A stretch of 63,272 nt of DNA, the filler included, from Octopus bimaculoides (Eukaryota): the NCBI RefSeq assembly GCF_001194135.2. It is 3 parts of 3 records of this genome, joined end to end, with 100 filler letters (N's around TTAATTAATTAA, not from the genome) between each part and the next. Parts side by side here need not be neighbours in the genome. Positions count along the whole stretch, not along the records: positions 37,003 to 63,272 come from NC_068997.1; 2 more parts are not named here. The stretch is one strand, 5' to 3'. Positions 40,098-52,805 of this stretch are shown here, piece by piece. The translations under genes were made by a program, and so were the position numbers. Under the pieces are notes generated by a model, which was not told the DNA's origin, did not search any database, and saw only the letters and a program-made list of their open reading frames with translations. Position 1 is the first letter of the stretch, and every line of letters starts with the position of its first letter.

Positions 40098-42262
40098 CAT
40101 CACCATCATCGTTTAACGTCCACTTTCCATGCTGGTATGGGTTGGATGGTTTGACTGGGAACTGGTGAGCCAGATGGCTGCACCAGGCTCCAATCTGATC
40201 TGGCAGAGTTTCTACAGCTGGATACCCTTCCTATAACGCCAACCACTCTGAGAGTGTGGTGGGTATTTTTACATGCCACCAGCCATACTCAAATGATGCT
40301 TTTACGTGTCACCTGCACAGGAGCCAGTCCAGTGGCACTGGCAACTCCCTCGCTCGAATGTTGTTTTTCACGTACCACCGGCACAAGTGCCAGTAAGGCG
40401 ATGCTGGTAACGATCACGCTCGAATGGTGCTTTTTACATGCCACTGGCATGGGGGCCAGTTAGTGGCCCTGGCAATGATCCTGCTCAGATGGTGCTCTTA
40501 GCGCTCCACTAGCATGGATGCCAGTCATGCGGTGCTGTCATCAAATTTGATTTCAATTTCACTTGCCTCAACAGGTCTTCACAAGCAGAGTTTAGTGTCC
40601 AATGAAAGAAAGGTACACCTAAGTGGGCTGGTTGCACCACTGGCATAAGCCACGGGTTTTGGTCTCACTTGGCTTACCGGGTCTTGTCAAACACAGCATA
40701 TTTCCAAAGGTCTCGGTCACTAGTCATTGCCTCGATGAGGCCTAATGTTCGAAGGTCGTGCTTCATCACCTCATCCCAGGTCTTCCTGGTCCTACCTTTT
40801 CCACAGTTTCCCTCAACCACTAGGTTGTGACACTTTTTCACACAGCTATCCTCATCCATTCGCATCACATGACCATACTAGCGCAGTCATCTCCCTTGCA
40901 CACCACATCTGATGGTTCTTAGGTCCAACTTTTCTCTCAAGGCACTTATGCTCTGTTGAGTATGCACACTGACATTACACATCCAGCAGAGCATACTGGC
41001 TTCGTTCCTTGCAAGCTTACGCATGTCCTCAGCAGTCATAGCCCATGTTTCACTGCCATGTAGCATGGCTGTTCGTACACATGCATCATACAATCTACCT
41101 TTTACTCTGAGCGAGAGGCCCTTTGTCACCAGGAGCTCTCTGAACTTTGCCCAAGCTATTCTTATTCTAGCAGCTACACTTTCAGTGCACCCATTCCGGC
41201 TACTGACTTGGTCACCGAGGTAACAGAAGCTATCAACTACTTCTAGTTTTTCTCCCTGGAATGTGACAGAAGTTGTTCTCTGCACATTTTCAGTGTTTAT
41301 TGCTCCTGAGCATCTGCCACATACAAAAACTATCTTCCTAGTTAGCCTTCCTTTGATATTGCTGCACCTCTTATGTGTCCATAGCTTACACTGGGTACAT
41401 CTTATAGAGTTTCTACCTACGCCTTTTCTCCAGATCAAGCAGGGCCATCTACCTGATGGGGTTTGTGGTTTGTCTGCCTTCCTACTTATTAGGACTTTGG
41501 TTTTAGCTAAGTTGACTCTAAGGCCCTTCGATTCTAATCCTTGCTTCCACACCTAAAACTTCTCCTCTGGTTCTGATAGTGACTCAGCAGTTAGCGCAAG
41601 GTCACCAGCATAGAGGAGCTCCTGACCTGAAGTCGCTAACTACTAGTCTATGTTGAGGGGTACATTCTTCGCCTGGAAAGGTTTTGGTATTTATAAGCAG
41701 CCATCTTTCTCTTTGTTCTGGCGAGGATGTAGTCAATTTGGCTAGTGTGTTTGTCAGAATGATAGGTGACTAGGTGACTGGAAGGTTTCCTGAAGTTGGT
41801 ATTGCGAACCATAAGATCATTTGCATCGCAGAACTCCAGCAGTCTGGTTCCCCCCTCATTGTGGGAACCAAAACCATAGCTTCCATGTATGCCATGGAAA
41901 CCCCCTGCATGTTATCCAACATGTCCAGTGAAGTCACCAGCCACAAAGAGAAGGTCCCTGTCATTCGTCAACGAGGTAGTCTGCAAGAGTGAGTCATAAA
42001 ATCGGTCATCAGATAGCCCCGGTTGAGGGGCATAGGCCGAGATAATGGTTGCTAACCCATGATGAAGCACTAATCTAATCTTAAGTATTCTGTTGCATAC
42101 TCTGACTACCTCGATTACCTTATCAACCCATTTCTCCGCAAGAAGTATACCCACACCCCCGACCCCGTCAGTGTTCCCTGCCCAGAAAATCTTGTACCTG
42201 TGCTCTTTGCTTGTGAGGAACCTAGCGGAACCTCCACTCCACCTTACTTCTTGGAGGCAAGA
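40098..42262 (-). mobile_element. Internally deleted RTE LINE (APE endonuclease and RT C-terminal pieces, 3' UTR and tail)
   Basis: CLQEVRWSGGSARFL...IISAYAPQPGL...LFVAGDF (endonuclease); WKQGLESKGLRVNLAKTKV...LEVVDSFCYLGD...RLYDACVRTAMLHGSETW (RT C-terminus); (CAT)n tail at 40098. Confidence 0.9.
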
Positions 42263-42277
42263 AAAGTTGAATTTTAC

Positions 42278-42469
42278 CAAAATTAGGCTGTGGGTATCTT
42301 TTAGCCTTTGGCCCCTCAAGGTCTTCATTAGATCGTTTTCGCCTAAGTGAAGTCTTTTGGTTTACTGTTTCAGAATTATTAGTTTGAGAGTTTTCCAATA
42401 AACTGCTGCTCATATGTTTTTCAGATCTCCTATTCAATTCCATATTCTGTCCTTGTGTTGAGGGAGCAT
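42278..42469 (-). CDS. Internal 192-bp coding exon of the DUF3883-domain gene (low-complexity linker)
   Basis: Acceptor tttctctttgtag|AT at 42470/42469 and candidate donor TTTG|gtaaaa at 42278. Phase 1-1, open frame APSTQGQNMELNRRSEKH...RRKRSNEDLEGPKAKRYPQPNF joins in frame to both neighbouring exons. Confidence 0.65.
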
Positions 42470-43069
42470 CTACAAAGAGAAATTGATTGTACCGACTGAA
42501 GTAAAATTTTGACAATGGCAAATTGTTTGGTTTCTTTAATTGACAAAATATTTTTTAACAACCCAACCATAACCAATTATATGGTTGTGAGGTTTATTAC
42601 AAATCAGAACCAAGAAATGGTAAACCTCAAAAAGATTTTGATATTTTTAAGCAGAGTTCATGATTTTACCCTGTAGTATTCACAACCTTATTTTATGATG
42701 TGACAGAGTTAAAAATACTGTCAGAAAGGTAGAACAAAACTGCTCAAATTTGAAGATTAAAATTCCAAATGAACATTAAATCTTTAAGCCTTGTCAATAA
42801 AGATAATAGTAAACACATGAAATTTTAAAGGTGTATTTTTTCCTTCTTTGTAGAAAAATATGGTTATGATAATATATGAACAAAGTAAAGCATATTTGAA
42901 TATAAAGGCTAATCTCAGACTGTATGAATATGACTTGTAAACTTTGTATATTCTTCATTCTCTGTGCAAGTAGAATGACCAGGAGGCAATATATTTTATA
43001 CAAAATAGCAGTAAGTCAAATCAGCTAATGAATGATTTTTTTTTTTTTTAACCAGTTAAATTTCTAATA

Positions 43070-43260
43070 GCACTATTAAAAATAAATTTTTCTGATAATG
43101 TTTGATACAATATGCAGTCTTGATAAATGATAAACCTTAAAAAGTTTCTGATATGCTGGAGTCTGCCAAAAGATCTTTCTGCTGATGCTACAGAAGCTGA
43201 AATTCTCAACAATATTCTGAAACCAATACAAATATTTGGTAATATCTCACAAGTTTTGTA
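43070..43260 (-). mobile_element. hAT transposase C-terminal dimerisation domain remnant
   Basis: Translation RILLRISASVASAERSFGRLQHIRNFLRF matches the VAS.ERSFS.L..IK..LR motif. Confidence 0.7.
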
Positions 43261-43584
43261 GTCAGTTAACTTAGCAATTCAATAATGATTTTCCAAAATT
43301 TATCTTATGTACTGATGGTAAATGACCATTATAAAATCTTTATATAATAAGTCCCTCACATTTTTCTAGTTTACTTTCTGACATTATGAGATATTTGTAA
43401 ACAAAATGGAAATGTTCAGTCAACTGCTTTGCAGCATTAAAACATAGGTAATCCTGCAATAAAATTATAAATCAAAACCTAAAACATGACACTTTCCCAA
43501 GGTGCTGCACAATGGAACTTAGCCCACAACTGCATGACATATATATACACACATATTTGTGTTTGTGTATCCTGTATATTATTT

Positions 43585-43738
43585 TTTAAAAAATTATTCA
43601 CAAGATTCGGCATACCAGATGTGATTGTTTCTGAGAATGGAACACAATTTGTGTCCAGTGAATTTAGAATATTCTGCAAAATGTTCCTGGTAGAACATAA
43701 AACAATAGTGCCTTACCCAGATAAGGTTAATAGATAGG
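43585..43738 (+). mobile_element. Gypsy integrase fragment in inverted orientation
   Basis: KKLFTRFGIPDVIVSENGTQFVSSEFRIFCKM (integrase core); 43616-43738 is the reverse complement of 44726-44848. Confidence 0.85.
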
Positions 43739-43740
43739 CG

Positions 43741-44147
43741 TGCAGTGATATATAGTGACCTATTTTATACTGTCTCCAGCCAAAGGGAAGTGTTCAGGAC
43801 CAGGCTACAGTTTATGTGCATGTGCAAAAGCTTATTGTTATAATGTGGATCCTTGTCCACTTGTATGTTATTGTCGACACTGTAATATTCTTGTTGCCAC
43901 TATTATGTTGTGGCGGTATTTCCGCGTCTTATTATCTTTGACTTGTCTATCATGCTATTGCTGATAACTGCACAAGTCAATGACTTTGAAACATCTACCT
44001 TGACGGTAACTTGAACTTGTATATATCATATAACTGACACTGATTCCAACTGAGAAACTCATACAATGACTCTGCTACTGCTGACTGACTTCTACAATGA
44101 CTGTCTGATTTTATACATAGAAAGGGGTGTACCATTTCACTACAACA
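43741..44147 (-). mobile_element. Probable Gypsy 3' LTR preceded by a polypurine tract
   Basis: Minus strand: PPT AAAAAGGAAGA (44158-44148) directly followed by TGTTGTAGTGAAA; the other end reads ...TATCACTGCA (43741), giving imperfect TG...CA inverted ends. It lies downstream of the minus-strand integrase. Confidence 0.55.
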
Positions 44148-44399
44148 TCTTCCTTTTTAGGTTTTTTTTATCTTTGGGAAGCAAGTAATTTTATTTTACT
44201 TACTTTATTCACCCCTCCTCCCTTTTTAGTGTTTTTTTCAACTTCATATTTTTTCTTTTTGGCATTTAATTGTAGGAACTTTGTGCTCTCTTTTTTTATC
44301 TTTCACTTGTACATATGGGTTCAACCACCTGTAATGGTGTTGATACCTGGAATATGTCATATAGCCATTCCATGAGTTCTTCCAATCTATCTAGTTCAT

Positions 44400-45480
44400 T
44401 TTCAATGAATCTCTTCTGTGTCTTTTTCCAATATTTTTTTTGCTTTTTACCCCGTACATCATTTTTCCTATGTACTTACACCCAATTTTGAAAAATTTTG
44501 ATATGTCTTTCTGGCACTTTTTCTTTCCTCACTAGGTAACAGTTTATCAAAAATTGATTTCACCTTCCCGGTGAACATCAGTTCTGCTGGTGAGCTTCCT
44601 GCTAGTGTATTGGGGTTCAGTGTCACCCTGCATACCCTTAGGAATTGCTGCAGAGTGACTTCGTCTGTGACTTCCTTCTTTGCTTTTCTGAAAGCTCTTT
44701 TAAAAAGTGTCAAGAAACTACTCTGCCTATCTATTACCCTTATCTGGGTAAGGCACTATTGTTTTATGTTCTACCAAGAACATTTTGCAGAATATTCTAA
44801 ATTCACTGGACACAAATTGTGTTCCATTCTCAGAAACAATCACATCTGATTATTACAATTGAGCAGTTGGTCTTTTGCACTTAACTATTTCCAGCCATTT
44901 TATAAAACTGTCAACTACAACTAAGTAGTAATAACCATTTAATGGACCTGCAAATTCGATGTGTAGTCTTGTCCATGGACTTTTTACTTCTGGTCAAGGA
45001 TCCCATCTTTGAGTAGGCAATTATTCTGCCAGAGCACATCCTCTGTAGCCTTTTACTATGCTTTCAACTTCCTTGCCCATCTTCGGCCAATACATGTAAC
45101 TGCGCATAAGCGCTTTCATCCTTGTGATTCTTGGATGTCCAATATGGAATTCTTTCAGCATTCTTTTTTGTAGAGTCTCAGGTATCACTACCCTTTGGCC
45201 ATACAACAGTATACCGTTGCATGTTGAATATATGTTTACCTGTTGCTGTTTTTCTTACCGAACCTATTTTTGTTTTCTTCAGCTGACCACAGACTTTTCT
45301 TTGTTTCATTAATGAACTTATCTTTTGACACGTGTCACTTTATGTCCTCCAGAGTTATTGGTAACTCTCATACAATGTTCCACATTATGTGTTTAATTTC
45401 CCCTTCAGATCTTAGGGCTGCTATTACTGTATCCTTGAATGGTTTGCCATTTCTGGGTATTAACCTGGATAGGCCGTCAG
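44400..45480 (-). mobile_element. Degraded Gypsy integrase region
   Basis: YGQRVVIPETLQKRMLKEFHIGHPRITRMKALMRSYMYWPKM...GCAL (zinc-binding region); QQFLRVCRVTLNPNTLAGSSPAELMF (C-terminal core). Confidence 0.85.
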
Positions 45481-45859
45481 CATGTCCTAGCTTTTACAAA
45501 GGTAAATATTCAATTGTGTATATACAAGGATTTCTACCTTTAGTTCTTTAGGACTTACTTAGAATATGTACTGATACTAACCTAACAAGGACTGACAGTT
45601 TAGACATTTCCTTAGACCTAAAGACTATTCCCTATAAATCCTTCCATAAACCCAACAAATACCTAAAATTATATTTATAAACCTTCTTACCACCTACCTT
45701 TTATATTTAAGATAATTCCTAACATAAGTTGTAGAATCAAATGTCTTCCTTCATCTAGAGAAATATTTGGAAAGGTATACCCATATTATAATAAGGCATA
45801 CAGATAAAACCTTTTATAACCCTCCAGCTACAGGGCAATGCTGGTAGGTGGAAGTCAGC

Positions 45860-47265
45860 AAGTCATGCAGGAAACAGCAAGATGTTGTGCAAATGACTAC
45901 TGGTTACAACAATGTGAAGGCATCCTACTGTCGTTTGACACAGGTAACACTCATGGAATGTATGAATGAAGGTATCAAGAAAGCCATTGGCCCAACCCAG
46001 AGCAAAAAGCTGTTGGCTTAACCCACTCAAATTCAGAAAAGGGGAAGTCATCAAGGGCAAAAGAAAGCAGTTGGAGAGATGGGTGGAACATTACTCTGAA
46101 CTCTACACCAAGGAAAACAACATCTCAGATAGTGCACTAGACACCATGGAACACCTACCCATCATGGAGGAGCTGGACACATTACCAACTGCTGAAGAAC
46201 TGAGCAGTGCTATTGATGGCTTGCCCACTGTGGAGGCACCAGGATTGGACAGCATCCTACCAGTGATCATCAGGTGTGCCAAGGGAGTGCTACTCAGCCA
46301 CTTGCTGAACCTACTGTATCAGTGCTAGAAGGAGGGAACGGTCTCACCAGACATGAGAGACTGCGACAAAATCACCTATAGGAATGAAGGGGATAGAAGC
46401 AACTGCAATAGCTACTAAGGCATCAAAATCCTTGCCAAGATTGGCTATCCTTGAAGATTTCTCAGGATTGTCCAATCGTTTTATGCAGATATGAAAGGTA
46501 TCGTTCAATTTGATGACTCTTCTTTGGAGGCATTCAACATATGCAGCAGTGTGAAGGAGAGCTGTGTGCTTTCCTCCACTACTTGGCATCTTCATAGTCA
46601 TGCTGAAGCATGCATTTGGAACAACAGCTGATGGTGTCTGCCTCCTCCCCAGACTGCTGTCTCTAAGGTGTGCATCCTCAGCACACTGCTTTATGGCAGT
46701 GAAACATGGAGCCTCTACTCCAAACAGGGGCGGTGTCTCAACATCCTCCACCTTTGTAGTCTGAGATGCATCTTGGATATCAAGTGGACTGACAGAGGAG
46801 ACACCAGCACTGAAGTTCTCAACAGTGCCAAGATACCCAGCATATTCACCCTGCTCCAACAGTGTCATCTATGCTGGCTTGGTCATGTATATTGCATGCC
46901 GGATGGGAGGATCTCAAAAGGCCTACTATATGGGGAACTGGCCACCGGCATAAGAGCATGAGGATGACCTCATCTTTGTTTCAAGAACATCCTGAGATGA
47001 GAGAAAGTTGCAAATGGACAAGTAGTATACAAGGGGATGAAGTGAGGGGAAGAGAAACTAGAACTTGCCACTGAAGAAAAGCACACTTGAAAAAAAGGAA
47101 AGCCAGTGGCACTGGTGGAGAGCTTCTTCAACTGCAATTGTTGCATGCAGGACTGTCACTCTTGTGTGGGCCTTTTCATCCACAGCAGATGCTGCACCAC
47201 TATCAACAGCCAATATAAAATTCTCTAGACACACATCCATAGCCTCTCAAGACTGATCGATGCCT
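45860..47265 (+). mobile_element. Degraded RTE (BovB-like) LINE, second subfamily
   Basis: ERWVEHYSELY...PTAEELSSAIDGL...APGLDSI; LSTLLYGSETW...LRCILDIKW...WLGHVYCMPDGRISKGLLYGEL; C-terminal C..C...HSCVGLFIH motif. Many stops and frameshifts. Confidence 0.85.
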
Positions 47266-47597
47266 ATATATAACTCAACCATCTAGTTGTAAGAATAGGT
47301 CGTGCAATATTTTATGGTTTGCTTCATCTTTCTCTATAGATGTTAAAGCAAATATAATTACAAGATTTTTATTCTTCTAAGATAATCACTTTCCCAGCAA
47401 CTATAAGTATACTAAGATATTTAATAAGGAGAAGCTAAGAACATCTTGGAATTGTATAAGTACCGAAGTAAGATGTTTTTCATTATGATTGCATTTTACA
47501 AAGTACATCTTAGAAGAAATTAAAGATAAACCGCCAGACAGACCACAACTCATTCTATTGAAACTTTCGACATTTGTAAAATACCACCTATACTTGT

Positions 47598-47962
47598 GTG
47601 GAGGCGCAATGGCCCAGTGGTTAGGGTAGCAGACTCGCAGTCTTAGGATTGTGGTTTCGATTCCCAGACTGGGTGTTGTGAGTGTTTATTAAGCGAAAAC
47701 ACCAAAAGTTCCACGAGGCTCCAGCAGAGGGTGGTGATGAACCCTGCTGTACTCTTTCACCACAACTTTCTCTCACTCTTTCTTCCGGTTTCTGTTGTAC
47801 CTGTATTTCAAAGGGCCAACCTTGTCATACTCTGTGTCATGCTGAATCTCCCTGAGAACTACGTCTGTGGAGTGCTCAACCACTTGCATGTTAATTTCAC
47901 GAGCAGGCTGTTCTGTTGATCGGATCAACTGGAACACTCGTCGTCGTAACCAAGGGAGTGCC
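47598..47962 (+). mobile_element. Near full-length tRNA-derived SINE (8340 family)
   Basis: GGAGGCGCAATGGCCCAGTGGTTAGGG...GGTTTCGATTCCCAG head; 3' end GATCGGATCAACTGGAACACTCGTCGTCGTAACCAAGGGAGTGCC. Confidence 0.8.
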
Positions 47963-48097
47963 TATACTTGCTGTGTAGTTAATTATCTCGCCTTGGTTAT
48001 GCAGTTGTTTCAAAATATGTGTGCTCATTCAAACCTTGATTACTTCAAATGCAGTTATTAAACAACTTTGCTGACTTTATCAATTAGAAAACTGGTG

Positions 48098-48132
<35 letters not shown>

Positions 48133-48165
48133 NNNNNNNNNNTATATATATATATATATATATAT

Positions 48166-48707
48166 ATAATGAAATTAATGAAGATGATGGAAACAGAGAT
48201 TTGCACAGCCGATATTTTATTATACAGTGATTTACATCATTCTTCACATAGACTTATGCATGTTTCAGCTGCAACCACTGCATACTGTTAAATGTGCATC
48301 TTGGTGTTAATTGTCGCTGCAGCTTCTTTGACAGTCATTCAAAGATCATCCGAAGAAAACTATGAGACTGACTGAATAGGAGCCCTTTAGGAGGTGTTGG
48401 TGTTACTATAAATAGTTGTATTTCCTTGTGACATGAAGATTACCTTGGCCATTTAGGTATTTACTGCTGGGTTTGGTCATAAAATAGGTCAAGGTTCTTG
48501 TGGGTTCCTCAGTAGTATAACTATTATTATTAATACAATCTAAGCCACATAATATCATAAATAAACTTTTCAAGCTATATATTATCATATAAACTTAGGA
48601 GCATATAAAAAAAATCATACTGTTTTAATCAACATAAAACAAAGTTCATACTAATCTACTTATCATACATACATAATATCAAATAAACATGAGAAATCAG
48701 CTGGACA

Positions 48708-48784
<77 letters not shown>

Positions 48785-50340
48785 TAAAAATATTTATCCT
48801 ATTTCTCTGCTTTTCATCATATTTGCTACTTATTTGTGTATTTTTAATAGATAAGTTTGCATATTTACTATCTGCTCTGTTAAGATACTTCCTACTAAAG
48901 CTTTTCATTACTATTAGGATTTCTTATTAGTTTATATGGTTCTATTTTCTTAAAATCATTATTCCTCACTGTAGCTGGTATTCTAAGGTTAATGTCTAAT
49001 TTTCAGTTTTCCTATCTTTATTTATCCACATATTACTATTTTTGTCCTTACCATTTTTAATACCACTGAATAATGTACTAATGTTATTATTGTTTTTCTG
49101 ATTATCTTCTTTTCTAACACCTATGTTTTTGCTGTTGAATTTCAATTTTTCTCTATATCCTGCCTTACTTAGTGCTAAATTGTAAAAGGCTTCATTTTGC
49201 TTGAAAATTTCTTCATTAGCTGATAGGTTTGAAATATGTGTAGACACATTTTCAGCTATTTTCTGGGTTATACATCTAGGATGATAACTGTTTCTATTTA
49301 TGTATCTTAGGTTTGTGTTAGATTTATGATTGGGTTTATAAGTTTCTGCACTTAGATCCAAAGTGATATCAAGAAAGTTGACAGAGTTATGTTCATTTTC
49401 TATACAGATGGATAGTCCTAGGTTCTTAAAAAATAATAATAAAAATTTCTTGTATTTATCTATTTGCCTATTAGACCCCCTCCCAAATCAGGGAATTCTT
49501 TGCTTAAACTAAACAGTAAATATATCCCTTATTAAGTATGTAAACCTGTGCAGAGTCTGTTGAGCCCATAGTAATATCAAAGCTTTCCTGTCTATCTTTT
49601 CTAATCCAGTACTTATCTTACTAGCTGCTAAAATCACATTAATTTCTTCCCTAGTTAGTTGGGATTTTTTTCTAGCAAATATAAGTGCTTTATTTAGTAG
49701 GATAGTGTTTATAGATGAGTAATAGTTATTGCGGTCAATTTATATAAATCTCTTTCTATTTTTGTTATTAAGCTTATTAAACTAGTTGATAACCTCATAT
49801 GAACCAGACCAGAGTTTTAGTTTTATAATGTTCCTTAGTGTTGGTGTTTACTTATCCATAATTAGCTTACTTATCCTACCTAAGTCAATTTAGAGGGGCA
49901 AATAATCCTTACATTGGAGTTAGTTCAGAAGTTGGGTTTATAATCCTTAATGTTAATCTTTGGCATTCTAAGTTCACATGGTTCAGTTTTATCATCAATT
50001 CTATATTTTTCCATTATATCTTTAGCTACCAAGTTAATTCTTTTTAGAATGATTTTGTTTGTGATCTTATAGTTTTTGCTAATTTCTTTTTTTTATGAGT
50101 GCATGGTAATCAGAGAGGTTTAAGTTATACAAGTTACCCATTTCTTCAGGATGAATCAGTATTCCTTCCTTTTTCTTTAGTTCTTCACTTAGTGAGTGTA
50201 ATTTTTGTAAGTGTTCATTTCTCCTTAGTGGGAATTTTTTAACTTTTACATTCTTAACTATAGTCCACAGTTTGTCCTTGAAAGCTGTTAGATGTTGGGG
50301 CTCATGGAGGAAATGACAATGGACTGAAATGTTTGGCAAT
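48166..50340 (-). mobile_element. Penelope-like element remnant: RT pieces plus terminal repeat segment
   Basis: DLSAETYKPNHKSNTNLRYINRNSYHPRCITQKI...ISNLSANEEIF...YNLALSKAGYREKLKF is typical of the PLE RT C-terminus; LTAFKDKLWTIVKNVK...GNLY resembles the N-terminal region. 48166-48519 is an inverted copy of 51904-52270. Confidence 0.75.
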
Positions 50341-51049
50341 ATGAGTTTCTAGAGAAGACCCACCCACATCATTGAAATTGATCACTAGAAGTGTTGTGTC
50401 TCACCCATATGTAACAACAAACTCTTTCTCTGCCTCACATTACCTCTTCATAAACTATGATTGTCTTCCAATTCCCTCTCCTGCCCTTACTGACCTGCTC
50501 ACTGTATCTCTGCTCCCCCCCCCCTGCCAGTCACTGCAATCTCCACTCCATACTTGCACCTTCTTGGCAACACCTGACCACATGTACTATGATTTTCATA
50601 CCTCTCTCTTACTTACTCTACCATCCCATCTATGCTCTGATCCTTGTTACTTGTGAGTATACTCTGGCACTTCACCATCTCTCACCTGTTCTCTCTTACA
50701 CTTTTGCTACTCTTTCTTTCTTTCTTTCCCTTATGCCTGTTTTCCTCTGACTAGATAACCAAGTATTTCCTTTACATCATCACACCTGTTTCTGCCTTCT
50801 TTCTTGTACTGCTCTCTCTCTCTAGCCCTCTTTCTTCTTCTACCTCTCTTTCTCTTCTATCTCTCTCTTTCTCTCTGCCACACTTTAACCTTTCATCATC
50901 TGATACTGGATCACCTCCTCCAATGCCTCTTCAGATATAGCAAGACACCTTTTTCTGTCTCTTTGTCACACTCTAACCTTTCATCCTCTGACACAAGTTT
51001 CCCTCCTCAAATGCCCCAACGTCTGTCATAATTCTTTGTCTTGCGAGTT

Positions 51050-51355
51050 ACTTAGTGACCTTGCCAGTGCTGGTGTCACATAAAAAGCATCTAGTATATA
51101 CTGTAAAGTGATTGGCATTTGGAAGGGCATCCAGCTGTAAAACTCATACCAAAACTAACCTCACCTGTGCTGGTACTAGGTAAAAAGCATTGAGTCCACT
51201 CTGCAGAGTGGTTGGTATTAGGGAGGGCATCCAGCTGTAAAAACCCTGCCAAAACAGACACAGGAGCCTAGGGTAGTTTTTCTACCTAGCCAGCTCCTGT
51301 CAGCCGTCCTACACTTGTATGCATGGAAAATGGATGTTAAATGATGGTGATGATA
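51050..51355 (+). mobile_element. RTE tail-related repeat with duplicated module
   Basis: GGGCATCCAGCTGTAAAA occurs twice (about 51124 and 51226), followed by CATGGAAAATGGATGTTAAATGATG. Confidence 0.65.
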
Positions 51356-51359
51356 ATAA

Positions 51360-52270
51360 AATAACAAGTACTATTTCAAATACTAAAATGGAAAACAATA
51401 TGCAAAATGTAAAAAATCAGAATAGTGTAAACAACTTAGAACATAGAAAAAATAAACCAGAGAATATAAACAATCCAGTAAAAATATAGGATAATAGAGG
51501 AATAAGTAGAGGTATTAATTGTGATTGTGCAAAATAAAAATATACCAAATTTTTACCTCAAAATTTAATCTGATAAACCATAGACAAGAACGTGCTTTAA
51601 GATGTGTTCATGCGTCTAAATATACTTTTAAGAAGTAAACGCATTACACAAACTACTAGAATTAGAATAAGAATTTAAAAAACAAATAATGAACTTGAAT
51701 TAAGTGAACACCTCTACAAATATAAAGAGTAAGATTATGTTTAATAAAATTAAATATAAGAAGAATAATTTTATTTAATATAGCAAGAAAAATAAGAAAA
51801 TTATAAACCTCTAGATTAATAATTATAAAAATAATAATAAACCAGAAATGTAATTGAATACCTCAAAAAATAAGAATACTCTTAGTAGAATGGTGAACTG
51901 GACTATAATACTAAAGAACCCACAAGAACCTTGACCTGTTTTATGACCAAACCCAGCAATAAATACCTAAATGGCCAAGGTAATCTTCATGTCACAAGGA
52001 AATACAGCTATTTATAGTAACACCAACACCTTCTAAAGGACTCCTATTCAGTCAGTCTCATAGTTTTCTTCAGTTGATCTTTGAATGACTGTCAACAACG
52101 GACCCTGAAGAAGCTGCACCGACAATTAACACCAAGATGCACATTTAACAGTATGCAGTGGTTGCAGCTGAAACATGCATAAGTCTATGTGAAGAATGAT
52201 GTAAATCACTGTATAATAAAATATCGGCTGTGCAAATCTCTGTTTCCATCATCTTCATTAATTTCATTAT
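51360..52270 (+). mobile_element. Highly degraded PLE linker/GIY-YIG region and terminal repeat
   Basis: Weak matches INCDCAK and NNELELSEHLYKYK, followed by the ~365-bp repeat shared (inverted) with 48166-48519 that carries a hammerhead-like core. Confidence 0.45.
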
Positions 52271-52727
52271 TTTCTCTATGGAAACTATGCAATCCCTAAA
52301 AGGATATTCGGATTTACTAAGCAAAGATCATAACCGAGTCTTGTAAATTACCACTAACTTGAGTATCACCAACATTTACTGTGGCATTGAGAACCAATCT
52401 AAGAGTTAACATGGTAACTGCCAGGATTAAATATCCCTTGAAACCTGTTTTGGAAAAATATATATGATGACAGATAGATATACACAAACATACATTTGTA
52501 TATATAACTACACACATATATGTGTGTGTATGTGTATAAAAAGCACCTGTGCCAGTGCCACATAAAAAGCACTTGTGCCTGTGCCACATAAAAATCACCT
52601 AGTACACTGTGTAAAGTTGTTAGTGTCAAGAAAGGCATCCAGCTAACCTGTTGCAGCTCTTCAGCTTGCCTGCTCTAGTCGAACCTTCCAACCCATGCTA
52701 ACATGGAAAGCTGACGTCAAATGATGA

Positions 52728-52760
<33 letters not shown>

Positions 52761-52805
52761 NNNNNNNNNNTATCATCATTTGACGTCAGCTTTCCATGTT
52801 AGCAT

